Of a DNA stretch of 64,000 bases, positions 41,232-53,734 are shown one piece after another. Made by a program: the position numbers and the translations under genes. The stretch comes from Podarcis filfolensis (taxonomy: Eukaryota): the NCBI GenBank assembly GCA_964270895.1, contig OZ185453.1. One strand, written 5' to 3'. How positions within the stretch are numbered: position 1 is the stretch's first letter; each line of letters opens with the position of its first letter. The notes beneath the pieces were generated by a model. That model had not been told where the DNA came from. It searched no databases and worked only from the letters and a program-made list of their open reading frames with translations.

Positions 41232-41318
41232 GAGAAAACAGGCATCTGTGATACAGGTAAAAAACATCAAAACACAACAGTAAGGGAAGAGAGATTACAT
41301 CAAAATAGCTAGCTAGAT

Positions 41319-41567
41319 CAGGGGTCAGCAACCTTTTTCAGCAGGGGGCCGGTCCACTGTCCCTCAGACCTTGGGGGGGGGCGGACTATATTTTGAAAAA
41401 AATAATGAATGAATTCCTACCCCCACAAATAACCCAGAGATGCATTTTAAATAAAAGCACACATTCTACTCATGTAAAAACATGCGGATTCCTGGACCGT
41501 CTGCGGGCCGGATTGAGAAGGCCATTGGGCCGGATTTGGCCCCCGGGCCTTAGTTTGCCTACTCATG
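41319..41567. mobile_element. hAT (Charlie-like) MITE
   Basis: CAGGGGTCAGCAAC...GTTTGCCTACTCATG; perfect 8-bp TSD AGCTAGAT. Confidence 0.85.
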
Positions 41568-42185
41568 AGCTAGATCATAGACAGATCCAGAGTTCCATAT
41601 TTCAAGGGGAACTGCTGAAAGTTGTTGCAAGTGGTGTTGGTTGGCATGTGCAACGAAGTTCCACTATAGAGCAGGACCCGCCCTGGTGACGGAGGCCAGA
41701 TCTGCTGCCCCTGTAGATTGTGCTGCCTGAGGCAGTCGCCTGGGTGCTGGCCCTGCCATGCGGTGTGAAAAGTGTCAGGTTTAGCAGTGCCCGGCAGAGC
41801 TTGAAGATGACATATATTTATAGAAATGGCCATAACCCAAATGTGTTAATGCCATATTCAGAGGTCCAAGCCTTCTAAAAGTTTTCCTCTTCTGTACAAT
41901 AGTTAATTGAGCAGTTATTATTTTTAAAAAATCAGAAGATCTTTAAATGATATATCAACGTTGTTTCCTTTGAAAATGGAGAGAAGGGCCAGTTGCGGTG
42001 ACATTTCATTTTGTCCTCGTATGATTATTGCAATTTCTTTAAATGCTATGGACCAGAATTCACCAACCCTGGAACATTCCCGTCATAAGGGAAAGTGGGT
42101 ATTGTGGACTCCACAGCTGCACCGATGATCAGGTTCACATCAGATATGAATACAAGAGATTTGAACTGTTCTGTTCCATCTATGG

Positions 42186-42316
42186 CATGGGCATAGCCAA
42201 GGGGCGACAGGGGTGCAGCTGCGCCCCCCTAAATCAATAAAAATCTAGTTTCTCCTCCCACCTCACCCCCCAACAAAAGCCTGCCTCCCTTTACAAAAAT
42301 CCTGGCTATGCCCATG
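42186..42316. mobile_element. hAT MITE
   Basis: TIR CATGGGCATAGCCA/TGGCTATGCCCATG; perfect 8-bp TSD ATCTATGG. Confidence 0.88.
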
Positions 42317-42630
42317 ATCTATGGCCCAAAAAAATTAATGTGATTTCCCTGGCATGAGCAGAAATAGATTTCATCTGTTTATCTCACTGTATTTTTCCTA
42401 TTCCTTAACCTGCAGGTATCCTGCAGCTTCTTCCCACGCAGATTTCAGCCCTGTGAATGGTCACAGGACAGTGCATGTTTTGTGAACCACCATGAGCTCT
42501 TCAGATGAAGGGTGGTATATAAATTTAATAAATAATGGTGACAATGTTTTTCAAAATAACTTTTACACTTGTTTTGTTAAATCAGGTTGCTTTGGCAAAT
42601 TAAGTACAAAGCATAAATCTTGTTAGAGTT

Positions 42631-42656
42631 TACACACACACACACACACACACACA
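42631..42656. repeat. (CA)n microsatellite
   Basis: About 12 units. Confidence 0.93.
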
Positions 42657-43359
42657 GCTATTAATATTTTATACAGAGAAACAGAATATAAATATATTGA
42701 AGAAATAAAAAAGGAAATAAAGACCAGGAGGCTTCATGGAAGACAATAAAGGAAATGTGTTTAATCAGATGAATAAATGGTGTGTGGGACTCTGATACAC
42801 ATATACTGCCTCAATCTCTATTGTCTATTCTGTTAGGTCACATTGGCTAATAAACTAGAGAAATAATGAAACAGTCCAGAAATATTACTTTTGTTTCCTT
42901 CCTGTTACCTCACCATTCGTTTGAAGATCTTCTATATTTACAAATCTATGTTGCACCAAAGTCAGGCAGCAGAAGTACTGAAGCTGAAATGAGATCCAAT
43001 GAATAATCTATATGAATTAGGTTCAAAGGCAGTAAAAATATTTGTCTTTTTCAAAGGGTAATTTGCTTATGGAAGACACAGAAAACAAAAAAGTGATTAT
43101 GTGTAACTGGATTGCCATTGACCTTCCAGCTGTTAATTATGGCTCTCACACCCTCTGCTGGCTTGTTTTGTGGTTTTAATGAGATCACCGGAAGAAAAGA
43201 GCCTCTGATTCCATTAAAGGGGAACTATTCTGTCATACTGTTTCAAAGCAATGTGAAACCACCAGGGAAAGCAAAAGAAAGAAATATGCAGTAGTGGAAG
43301 TGGCTAAATACAAATGGACAGGTATTAAGTACCAGGAAATAACATTCCACTATTTCTAA

Positions 43360-43826
43360 GTCGAAATAAAAAAATTGCCCAGTAGCACCTTAGAGACCAA
43401 CTAAGTTTGTTCTGGGTATAAGCTTTCGTGTGCATGCACACTTCTTCAGATACACTGAAACAGAAGTCGCCAGACCTTTATATATAGTGGGAGGGTGGGG
43501 TGGGTTTTTCTCAGATGGCTAGTAGGAGATGGGGGATTGACTCAATGGGTATGGTAAACCTGTTGACGACTGTTAACGACTGCAATTAGTCCTACAGGAA
43601 AAAGCAAGGGATAGTGTGCAGATGACCAAAAATAGTTTTAGCATATGTAATGAGACAAGAATCCAATATCTCTATTCAGACCAGGTCTCTCCATAGCTTT
43701 CAGTTTAGTAATAAGTAATTCAGCAAGTTCTCTTTCAAGTCTATTTCTGAAATTCTTTTGTAATAAGACAGCTGCTTTGAGATCCTGTATTGAATGTCCT
43801 GGGAGACTGAAGTGTCCTCCTACTGG
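43360..43826 (-). mobile_element. 5'-truncated Penelope-like element 3' end (GIY-YIG endonuclease C-terminus plus pLTR)
   Basis: Minus-strand frame 43826-43638 reads PVGGHFSLPGHSIQDLKAAVLLQKNFRNRLERELAELLITKLKAMERPGLNRDIGFLSHYIC*, matching the recalled PLE pattern PV..HF...GH...DL...R..E...I..L...GLN.D; followed by the hammerhead-bearing terminus. This frame is not in the supplied ORF track. Confidence 0.8.
43416..43453 (-). ncRNA. Minimal type-I hammerhead ribozyme motif (CUU triplet variant)
   Basis: Minus strand GTAT-CTGAAGA-A-GTGTGCATGCACAC-GAAA-GC-TT-ATAC. Confidence 0.72.
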
Positions 43827-44919
43827 ATTCTCTGTCCTGTGAGGTTAGGTTGCCAACTTCTGAATCAAAATCACATAGCTTCCCCATTAACAGCAGTTTC
43901 GCTCACAAGAATTAGCAAGTGATAATGCTGGACTCTGTGCCAGGAAATACCCTTAACTTAATGAGTTTGGCAAAACTCTTTGTGGGAAAATTGAGCCTCA
44001 TTTGCTTAACTCCAGTTAATGCATGAAGGGGTTAAGACCACAGAGTAAGCAGTCATCCCAGACTGATCCAGGTCACGCCCCCTCACCTTGGGACAAGAGT
44101 TAGCAAAGCTCTTTGTTCATTCTCTTTTCCACCAGGTAATCAAGGAGCAATCAGCCTAGATGGCCGCATGGCTTTAGCAAAGCCATTTTTGTGTTTCTAT
44201 ACAAAAAAATTAGAAACATTCTGTCTACCATGTGAACTCCATGTGTGGAAAAGTTCCGAACCTGGTTGCTCCAGGCTCAGACTGTGTGCATGGCTTACAA
44301 GTCATTTTTGTGTTTCTAGACCAATAATTTAGGAACATTTTACCAATTTTTGTAAGCCAAGTTTTGCTGCCTGTGTTTTCTTGCTGCTGCATGGAAAAAC
44401 ACATGAATCTGATCTTTGTAAGTAAATTAAGTTTTTAACTTGCCAAATGTGCTCTTTCAGTGCTAAGGGAAATCACGGGAAACATTGGAAAGGAACTTAA
44501 AAGGGGATATTTTAAGGGTCTAACAGACTGTATTTCCACACTTGTGTTTTGTTATTCCATGCTACCTGTTTTGTGATTTTAAATCTCTGCTGGGTCTCTC
44601 TCACCAAAGAGTCCTTGCTCCAAACCTAGATCTAGGCATCCTGGAAATTATTATTTTATTCTTTAACCAAACACTTAAAAAAACAACCCCACACTCTTAA
44701 AGGTCCAGAAGGAGGAAAGACTGGTTGGTGTTTTGTTTGTTTGTTGTTTAGCCAGGTGGCAACTCTTGCCTTCCCCTGAGGCAGCTGCAGCACCACCATC
44801 CGGGGACTCCTTAAGACCAAGGGCTCGGCCACACTTCTGTGTTTGATTCTGGTCCTGCTTACTCCTTTTTCTGAAATAACTGTAGCCAGCAGGACTCTTA
44901 ATGAAAAAGAATGACTTTC

Positions 44920-45370
44920 TGTCAGGCTCGGGGAATCAGATCCCTCCCACGGTGGCAGACCAGAATCAGAGAAACGTTAAAAAGCAATTTATTCAATAAT
45001 TACAGAGAACAATGAAGGAATGTATCCTTCCTAAGAATGGTGTCGCTCCAAGTAACGTCCCACCCCTCTACGTCCCCCTTATCCCTCCTGCATCGGTTAA
45101 TCTGAGCTTTCTGCCTCTGAGCTCTCTGTTCTAATACCCTCAATGCCCGCCTGGTCTTGGAGGGAGGGGGGTCAGGAATGCTTTCCGAGGACACTGAATC
45201 TGTCAGCTGCCTCTCCCCTGGTGCTTCTCCTCCTTCCTGCTCTTCCTCTTCCAGTCTTTCCCAGCTTCTGCCCTCTGCAGCCTCTGAACTAGGCCCTTCT
45301 GCAAACCACTCTTCTAAATCTATACTGCCCTCCTGTTTTTGGTTCAGGAGAAGTGGGGCAGCCCCCACCA
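44920..45370 (-). mobile_element. Probable LTR-like repeat
   Basis: TGTCAGG terminus, minus-strand AATAAA at ~44990 and a purine-rich body; the second terminus and TSD are unclear. Confidence 0.45.
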
Positions 45371-46147
45371 TTCCTCTTCAGTCCAGTCCCTTATATCCGT
45401 GGGGCAGTGCAGTGGGATAAAGCAGAGTGGCAGTGAGGCCTGGCAGCAAAGGCACACTAGTGTGGCCAGTCTGGTGCTCCTGCCTTGCACCTGCCCAACT
45501 CCTGCCCTGCCCTGCTAAGCAGAAGGGATGCCACTTCTGGGCGCCTGGCTTCCTAGTGGCACCCCGTCAGCTGCTCTTGCCTTGAGCAGCCAATGTCCTG
45601 CTCCTGCTGCCGCAATTGGCCTTCTCCTTTCCCTAAAACTATTGTTGTCAGCCTGGCTCTCGCGGCACGAGGGGCTCAGGGGGCACCCAGGCTCCTGCCA
45701 GCAGCGGTGTCACTGCCATTTACCAGGACGGGCAAGAGTGGCAGGGAGCTCATGCCAATGCCAGGTGCACAGCTGGAGCAAATCCGTTGCTCCTGCTGGG
45801 GTTTAGGAATTAGGTTTATTCTGCTTTGCGGTTTATTGTAGCCCATAATAGCCTCTGACTCAGCAGTAATAAATTCTGTCTTGATCCTCTCTAATTAAGT
45901 AAAATACTAGTGTCCTGTGCTGAATCATAGATTCAAGGTGCCAACAGCACTTTAATTTTCTAAATTACTGTACTCCATAGATCACTTAGAAAGAAGTGTT
46001 TTAAAGCTGAACGCTCATCACCTTCCCCCCACAGTTGTTCTAATCGAACATTTCCCAAGCTTCAGGGAGTTGAGGCCTGCTCCCCACCCACAAATTCAAA
46101 CTGAAGGTACAATTCACTCTTGCACCTCAAATAATGCATTTGCTATA

Positions 46148-46347
46148 CAGTCAAACCTCGGTTGTCAAATGTAATCCGTTATGGAAGCCCGTTCAGTTTC
46201 TGAAATGTTCAACAACCGAGGCATGGCTTCTTGCACTCAGCGGAAGCGGTGTCGGACGTTCAGCTTCCGAAAAACATTTGAAAACCGGAGCATTTACTTC
46301 CAGGTTTTTGGCGTTTGGGAGCCAAAACAGGATCCGAGGTTTGACTG
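46148..46347. mobile_element. Tigger-like MITE
   Basis: TA|CAGTCAAACCTCGG...CCGAGGTTTGACTG|TA. Confidence 0.85.
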
Positions 46348-46764
46348 TACAGAAATAAGGCTTGTGTCCCTGGAAGTGATCAGCTGCCACGGAAACGTGT
46401 CTTGTCACAAGAAAACAGAGGCCTTGTGACGTGACGCATTTGTAATTTAATCAGCCATTGGTAAGAAGGAAATTAAAGTAGATGATAAAATTACCTGGAA
46501 TTACTTTCTGAGTGAAGAGGAGCAGCATGATCTAGCAAGCCAAAGGGTCCCTAGTTAGGCAGCAATCACAGTGCTCGTCTCGCCCACTGGATGAATTTTG
46601 TCATCTGTGGCTATAGCAGAACAACTCTAACTTGCAGAGTCGGAGTCAGTTTAAATTGTTGTTTTGTAAAGCAAACACACATTGTTAAAAGAGAGAAGAA
46701 AGGAATAATTGTATTGCTGTACCTTTTCTTAGTTATGTATTTATGTATTATGTATTATGTATTA

Positions 46765-47145
46765 GGGGATGTGGGTGGCGCTGTGGTCTAAACCACTGAG
46801 CCTCTTGGGCTTGCCAGTCAGAAGGTTGGTGGTTCAAATCCCCACAATGGGATGAGCTCCCGTTACTCTGTCTCAACTCCTGCCAATTTAGCAGTTCGAA
46901 AGCACTAAGTGCAAGTAGATAAAAAGGTACCCCTGTGGCAGGAAGGTCAACGGCATTTCCGTGTGCTTTGGGTTCTGTCACGGTGTCCCATTGTGCCAGA
47001 AAGCGGTTTAGTCATGATGGCCAAATGATCTGGAAAGCTGTCTGTGGACAAACACCAACTCCCTCGGCCTGAAAGCGAGATGAACACCACAACCCCATAG
47101 TAACCTTTGGCCAGACTTAACCGTCCAGGGCTCCTTTACCCTTTT
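46765..47145 (+). mobile_element. Sauria SINE (diverged)
   Basis: GGGTGGCGCTGTGGTCTAAACCACTGAGCC head through the CCTTTACC tail. Confidence 0.8.
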
Positions 47146-48576
47146 CTATTTATGTATTCTATGACTAATAAATCAATACATCATTTGTAATCTGTAAAAC
47201 AACATTAACAAAATAGCAGTCAAAAAATAAATTAAGCACTGTTAAGTTCATACTCACCACACCCAACCAATTTATAATCTTTCACTCTATTCAGCTCATT
47301 AAAACACACATACACATAATACCCGTGGCAGCAACAATATATTCATATGAAATATGTCATCATGTGAACTGATTTCTTGGGTCCTTTTCATCCTAAAGGA
47401 CCTTTGGGCAACAGTAACGCAGACAGACATAGGAACAATTAAAATATTGGGCCACACCTCATTTTGAGTCTGAGTGGGTCTGCGCCAAAGTCTTATAAAT
47501 CGTATTTCAACCCTGGTTTCCTTGCTGATGTGGTGCCCAGGGAACAACTAAAACCAGCACAAACCTTTTATTTCAAATAAAACGCTTTATCCCAAACTAG
47601 CGTTGCAGTTATATGGGATGCTATAAATCCAGTATTCTGGGGACATTGCATCAGCGAGGCATAAGGAGAGAGGCGGCAGGAGGCAGCTTCACTCTTGGCT
47701 GAGATCTTGGGGCTCGATAGAGCATTTCAACAATCTGGTTCTGTTCACACTCAAAACAAGCAGAATTGCAGCTCTTGGAAACGGCATGGAGGCATCCGGC
47801 ACTGGCGCATTTGCATAGCACACTTTCCTTCTAGCTCATGCCTTAAAGAAGCAGTGTTTGGAAAACACGACTCAGACATTTGTCATTCAAAGGGGGAACT
47901 TTGTTAGTACCTGTACTGTTGAATATTTGCATACCGTCCTGATCTAGATGCATCTGGAATGCAAATAGCAACAGTCCACGATTCTGCAGTACTTGCATCT
48001 TGCTCATTTTGCACTGAGCCAGTTTGAAATACAAAATCACCACATTATTTGGGAAGAGGGTGTTGGGATGTTTTAAGAAAAATGTTCTTGGGGGAAGGAA
48101 GGGATGTTACAAAACTGAGTCGTACCCTCCCATTCTTTTCAAATATGACCACGAGCCAAAGTCCTCTGCCATTTTAGCTAAAGCCCAATCTCAGCGTAAG
48201 GCAATATGCTATTTCAAATCTGCAGGCAGAAGCAGTTGAGCTCACTGATTCTCGGTCCTTCCTCCTATGTGATCTGAGTGCTAGTAGCGCATGAAAATAT
48301 AGCGAGACCATTCCTGGAACGATGTCTCTCTCTGTGTGTGATGTTATGATGAATGTGCCACTGTAATCATAGCCTTGAGCTGGGATTTATTAAAATAACG
48401 ATACAACACACACACCAGGCACCAGGAGTCATTTTCCCACATATGGGGTGGGGGGGGGGGGAGATTCAGATTGTATAGAAGAAGCAGTTGTTCTGTTTTC
48501 CTACCATAGGTGGCAGAATAATCAATAGCTATTGCAGGGATAGTCACTTTGTGAAGTCACATGTTCAGACAGAGTA

Positions 48577-48700
48577 CAGTGGTACCTCGGGTTACAGACG
48601 CTTCAGGTTAGAGACGCTTCAGGTTACAGACTCCGCTAACCCAGAAATAATACCTTGGGTTAAGAACTTTGCTTCAGGATGAGAACAGAAATTGTGCTCC
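48577..48700 (+). mobile_element. Tigger-like MITE, truncated
   Basis: Left half only, CAGTGGTACCTCGGGTTACAGACG. Confidence 0.75.
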
Positions 48701-48749
48701 CACATTGGGCAAAAAGATTCCTGCATTTTAGGAGCTTGGATCAGATGAC

Positions 48750-49703
48750 TGTTGTAAACAAAATCTGCCCTTTTTCCTTTATGGGGTACCCAAGAGCCGT
48801 ATAGAGTCCTTCAGTGGGTTCCCCATCAGTAGGAGAAACTAACAGAGGCCAACCAGAGAATATTGAGAAGCAAAGCAGCTCGTAAGCCTGATCTTTATTA
48901 GAACTGCTGCAACAGGGGGCTCCCCCCCCCACAGGAGAGAGGAGGAGGACCCAGAACCAAGGTGGGCCAGCCCTTATGTAGACTTTTGAAATTGCCCACC
49001 CTCAAACGCAAGACCACCCCCAGAAACATCATACATACACCACAGAAAGAGGTGGTCTCCAGCAGAAATACATCACGGGGGTGGTCTAAAACAGAATCCT
49101 GAGTGTGTTGTTTATCTCCTGTCTGCCAGGTTACCTGACTGCATTATCTAGGTTTTGGCCACTCTTTTGTTATTATAACTACAGTGGTACCTTGGGTTAA
49201 GAACTTAATTCGTTCTGGAGGTCCGTTCTTAACCTGAAACTGTTCTTAACCTGAAGTACCACTTTAGCTAATGGGGCCTCCTGCTGCCGCCGCACCGCAA
49301 AGCCCGATTTCTGTTCTCATCCTGAAGCAAAGTTCTTAACCCGAGGTAATATTTCTGGGTTAGCAGAGTCTGTAACCTGAAGCAACTGTAACCTGAAGCA
49401 TCTGTAACCTGAAGCGTCTGTAACCTGAGGTACCACTGTACTTAATTCCTGAATCCAGGTCACAGGCTCACCCTATTCATATCTTAAATGTGCCCTTAAG
49501 GCAGGACTCCTGAGCACAGAGACAGTGGGGAGGTTTTTTCATTTCCTCCCTCCTTGCAGAGAAACATTTGGTCAGTTTGGGAGAGTGAAAATGGTTTCAG
49601 GACTGTCCTCCTGTACTGTTTCAGACATGTGGTCTACATATTTATGTACGTCTTTGCCTTGTACATTTAATTTATGTATTTGAGACCTTAAATTCTTATA
49701 ACA
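48750..49703 (-). mobile_element. Solo LTR (ERV/Gypsy type) with a nested MITE
   Basis: TGTTGTAA...TTATAACA inverted termini; 4-bp TSD TGAC (48746-48749 and 49704-49707); minus-strand AATAAA at ~48894. Confidence 0.75.
49182..49438 (-). mobile_element. Tigger-like MITE nested in a solo LTR
   Basis: TA|CAGTGGTACC...GGTACCACTG|TA. Confidence 0.88.
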
Positions 49704-50149
49704 TGACCCTCTGAAGGGTCTTGAGAAGCACATTCCAGGAGATGGAGGGCTGCAGCTCATCTGCACTATTCCATTTGCACATCAGCTGAAGAAACGGGAC
49801 CTAAGGGAGATTTTGTAACATCATTCACATGGACAGCAGAGCAAGAGCGCGTCAATCTGTCACTAGAAGGATATTGTTGATGCACAGCAATAAGACCAAA
49901 ACTTCTTTGGCTAATCAAATTGCTAAAGATAATTTATGCCTTCTCATTTAAACGTTGCAGCTGATTTTGTGATTGCAACAAAAACGATTAGGAGGGAGGA
50001 ATGCACGTTTTTGGAAGCCTGGAAATAAATAACAGAGTTTCAATGAAATTGTGTGCAGTTGCAGTAGTGGGACAAAATGGAGCAGAAGGGCCTTGCTTAC
50101 CTGCATTGCCAGGAACCATGAGGGGTGAGGCAGCTGAGAGGATAATAAT

Positions 50150-50252
50150 GATAATATTAATTTATTATTTATACCCAGCCCATCTGGCTGGGTTTCCCCA
50201 GCCACTCTGGGGGGCTCACAACAGAATAACAACAACAACAACAACAACAACA
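50150..50252 (-). mobile_element. L2-family 3' end fragment
   Basis: ATACCCAGCCCATCTGGCTGGGTTTCCCCAGCCACTCTGGG, the same family terminus, followed by (AAC)n. Confidence 0.65.
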
Positions 50253-50500
50253 ATGTGATAGTACTACCCTGATCTGTTCCATAATGCCACTACTATGTAG
50301 CAACTATGAGACTGTGCTGCAACAGTCTTGCAAAGTAGGTCACGATCATTATTGATGGAGGCAGAGAGGGCGAGAGAAAGTGACTTTTAGAGCAGAGGCA
50401 AAATCTGAAGGAAGAGTTTTCTGGTTTGCTACAGATTATGAGATAATGTATGTTTAAGGCTTTGAACCCTTAAAAAGCATTGTGTAAATGGTAAGTTGTA

Positions 50501-50739
50501 CAGTGGTACCTCGGGTTACATACGCTTTAGGTTACATACGCTTCAGGTTACAGACTCCCCTAACCCAGAAATAGTACCTCGGGTTAAGAACTTTGCTTCA
50601 GGATCAGAACAGAAATTGTGCTCCAGCGGCACGGCATCAGGAGGCCCCGTTAGCTAAAGTGGTGCTTCAGGTTAAGAACAGTTTCAGGTTAAGAATGGAC
50701 CTCTGGAATGAATTAAGTTCTTAACCCGAGGTACCACTG
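50501..50739 (+). mobile_element. Tigger-like MITE
   Basis: TA|CAGTGGTACCTCGGG...CCCGAGGTACCACTG|TA. Confidence 0.9.
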
Positions 50740-50741
50740 TA

Positions 50742-50816
50742 TTGAAGACAGGAGTGCCTGGCGTGCTCTGGTCCATGGGGTCACGAAGAGTCGGACACGA
50801 CTAAACAACAACAACC
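50742..50816 (+). mobile_element. BovB 3' terminal fragment
   Basis: GAAGACAGGAGTGCCTGGCGTGCTCTGGTCCATGGGGTCACGAAGAGTCGGACACGACTAAACAAC. Confidence 0.8.
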
Positions 50817-52176
50817 ACTGTATTATTAGGAATACAGTAGACCCCAGGCATGAACAGAGTAGACCAGCAACTCCCAATGTATCAGGTGGGATTATGAAGA
50901 CCCCTAGTTCTGGATGTTGTCCCAAGGCAAGGAAGTGGGTTTGAGCAGCTGTGTCTCACTCTGCCAACAATGGAAAACTCACTGATGGTCTGGACACTTC
51001 AGCTGACTGGGAGCCAGACGTTATCCCATCACAGTACTAAGCCATGAATCTGGTGTATGGAGACTTGCTGGTAAGAGGGACCGTCAGGCAGTTATTGTTT
51101 CTCTGTTGACCCAAATTGGTGGACTCCAGGCTTCCAGTGACTGCAGGCTTCTTGTTATCTTTTTTCTGCTTTGTTTTCCATCTTCTGTTATCTGATACTC
51201 TGTAATCTCACAGGCAGCAAAGGTCCTGTTTTACCATTATCACACATGGTACATATTTTTGGGTAGGGAGGCGTCCATTGTAGCCATCTCCCTGAAGCCT
51301 TCTCGCCTAGCTAGTATTTCAGCGTCACCCTCTGTGCTAGAACTGACTGATGTCCAGCCCACAGCTGTTGACTCTGGCCACCAAGGGCGCAGATGAAGCA
51401 TTTGTTCTAATTTAACTGTTTTATGGTGTAGTTTCATCAAATGCTGAACATGCACCTCTTTATCCTTACCTTTGACACCTGAGGTACATATTTTTTGAAC
51501 CACCCTGTTCTCTGGAGTGCAATCTGCTTTAACTGTTTTAATATTTTTAAATTCTTGTAACCTGACCTGTGACCCCATGATGAAGGGCGGGAAAGAAAAA
51601 TCCAGTTGTTGTTGTTGTTGTTACATAGGCGCACCAACAGTTACAATCTAATTAAGTCTGCTCCAAAATGAGTTTTGATTTGTTCCTCCCAGTGGTTGTT
51701 ACTATAAACATATGTGAGAATGCAATGCCGCAAGAGGACGTTCATCGGCTTCCCACTATATCATCTCAACAAAGAGAAGTATGCCTGTTTTATTCACTGA
51801 TTTGATGGGTATGTTTTGGTGATCTTGAAAGCAGGGATAATTGCAGAAGCCTCACATTTGCTTAATCTGCTCCTGAGGCTGGGAAAGACCAGATACCAAA
51901 ATACCAACTGCCACAATATTTTAGTAGTGAAAATGGCTGGGCTCAGTAGTTTTTTCTCCCTAAAAAGAATGTTTAGGGGTACTCTCATTTTCCTACTCAT
52001 ATTGAAATACTGCCCCTCAATGAGGCCAAACTTAGATTCACAAAATGTTTAGGGGTGTGTGTACCCCTGCGTCCCCCCAGAAAAAAAGCCCTGGATGGGC
52101 TTGTTAGTAGTGGCTGTCTCACTACCACTGGGCGTGGGGTGCATCAAACAAGGGGCAGCAAAGTCTGTCCCCTTAC

Positions 52177-52349
52177 CAGGGCCGGATTTAGGTTTGATGA
52201 GGCCTGAAATGTTTTCTATTTTATTTGTTTTTTATTTTATATTTTGGAAATGTACATCCAGTTTCTTTTCCTTTAATTTTTTTGGGGCCCCCCAAGAGAG
52301 TGGGGCCCTAAGTTACAGCTTGTTTAGCTTATACATAAATCCGGCACTG
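52177..52349 (+). mobile_element. hAT-like MITE (internally deleted relative of 55899-56386)
   Basis: TIR CAGGGCCGGATTTA/TAAATCCGGCACTG. Confidence 0.7.
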
Positions 52350-53487
52350 CCCTTTAGACAACTTTTGGGGTATCAGTGGTTGCACACGGTTGTCTGAGCT
52401 GCCCCCCTGGGCTGCTTCTCTCACTGCCGTCATTTCCCCTCTCATTTTAATCAGCTCACAGCAGGTCGTTCCTGCCAACAAACCGGCTTGCTAGTTCCTG
52501 CAGACGGGCTCCTCTCTGGCCCTTAGAAAGGCAGAGATTTAGGGAGATGTTGGTGACAACAGACTCTGCATCCGCCATGCTTAAAAAATTATAGTCAGGA
52601 AATGGGGCTTAAACGTCTCTAATTAGAAGCAACTCAGCAGACCACTTAATGATTTTCCTGTTTGCTGTACCAGTCGTAATTCCACAGGATTCAAACTGTA
52701 ATGCAATAGGATACTGTACAAGAAATGATAAAAGACACTTAAAAATCAATATGAAAATTCAGTGCTGTGGATGTGCCGTCTCCCATCTTCAACCACAAAT
52801 CTACAGACACGCTGCGGACCACCTGAGCGATGCTCACACGGACCACTGATGGTCCATGGACCACCGTTTGGGAATCCCTGTGCTAGAGAAACCAGGGGCA
52901 TTGGCATTTCTGAACCTGTTTTGCTGCTTCTCTTGCTGCCGCTCTCTTCTCTTTCCCGCTGTGTGAAATCTGAACTTTACCTGCAGATGAGCTTTTGCCT
53001 CAGGCAGAGAGAAGTTCTCTCTCCTCTTGTCATATTTACGGCCTCCTGTTCAGAAAGGGCTGGGACACCAATCTGAAGCGCATGTTCCCAACCTCCCTGT
53101 TGCCAGGCAATCCTGGAGAGGCTTCCGCTTGTTCGTGCCGCTTCTGCTTTCAAGCGGATCCAGGCAGTTCCAATCCGGTTTTTAAGCTTTTGCAGTTTAG
53201 AAGTTCATTTGCCAAGTGACCCAAAGCAGACAAGGTTAAGGCTCCCCAGATAACACGGAATCAGATTTCTTTCTCTTAACTGACATACCTTGCTGCTGGC
53301 AGCTTCTTTGATTTAATTACAAACCAAATTACAAATTGTTTGTTTGTTTTTAATCTCCCATTCTAAAAGGAGCATGGAAATGGATGTGCATCTCTGGAAG
53401 CCACAGGATGGGAGATTTCTCTTGTGCTCAAATCCTGCTTAAGGGTTCCCTCAGGCATCTGTCATGGATGAAGAAAAAGAAGAAGAG

Positions 53488-53716
53488 TTTGGATTTGATA
53501 TCCCACTTCATTGCTACCCAAAGGAGTCTCAAAGCGGCTCACATTCTCCTTTCCCTTCCTCCCCCACAACAAACACTCTGTGAGGTGAGTGGGGCTGAGA
53601 GACTTCAGAGAAGTGGGACTGGCCCAAGGTCACCCAGCAGCTGCATATGGAGGAGCAGAGACGTGAACCCGGTTCACCAGATTACGAGTCCACCGCTCTA
53701 ACCACTACACCACACC
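53488..53716 (-). mobile_element. MIR/CORE-like SINE
   Basis: CTGTGAGG...GACTGGCCCAAGGTCACCCAGC...GAACCCGG...CCACTACACCAC is a CORE-like segment with a tRNA-like end. Confidence 0.55.
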
Positions 53717-53734
53717 ACTGGCTCCATGGATGCT

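Noticed and set aside
45000-45420. Acidic 123 aa ORF and Ser-rich opposite-strand ORF
   Set aside because: They lie inside an LTR-like purine-rich repeat, and composition bias explains them.
51240-51578. 112 aa minus-strand ORF with an internal AAG|GTAAGG donor-like site
   Set aside because: I recognise no homology, including to MAB21L3, the upstream neighbour recalled from human synteny. A translated search would be needed.
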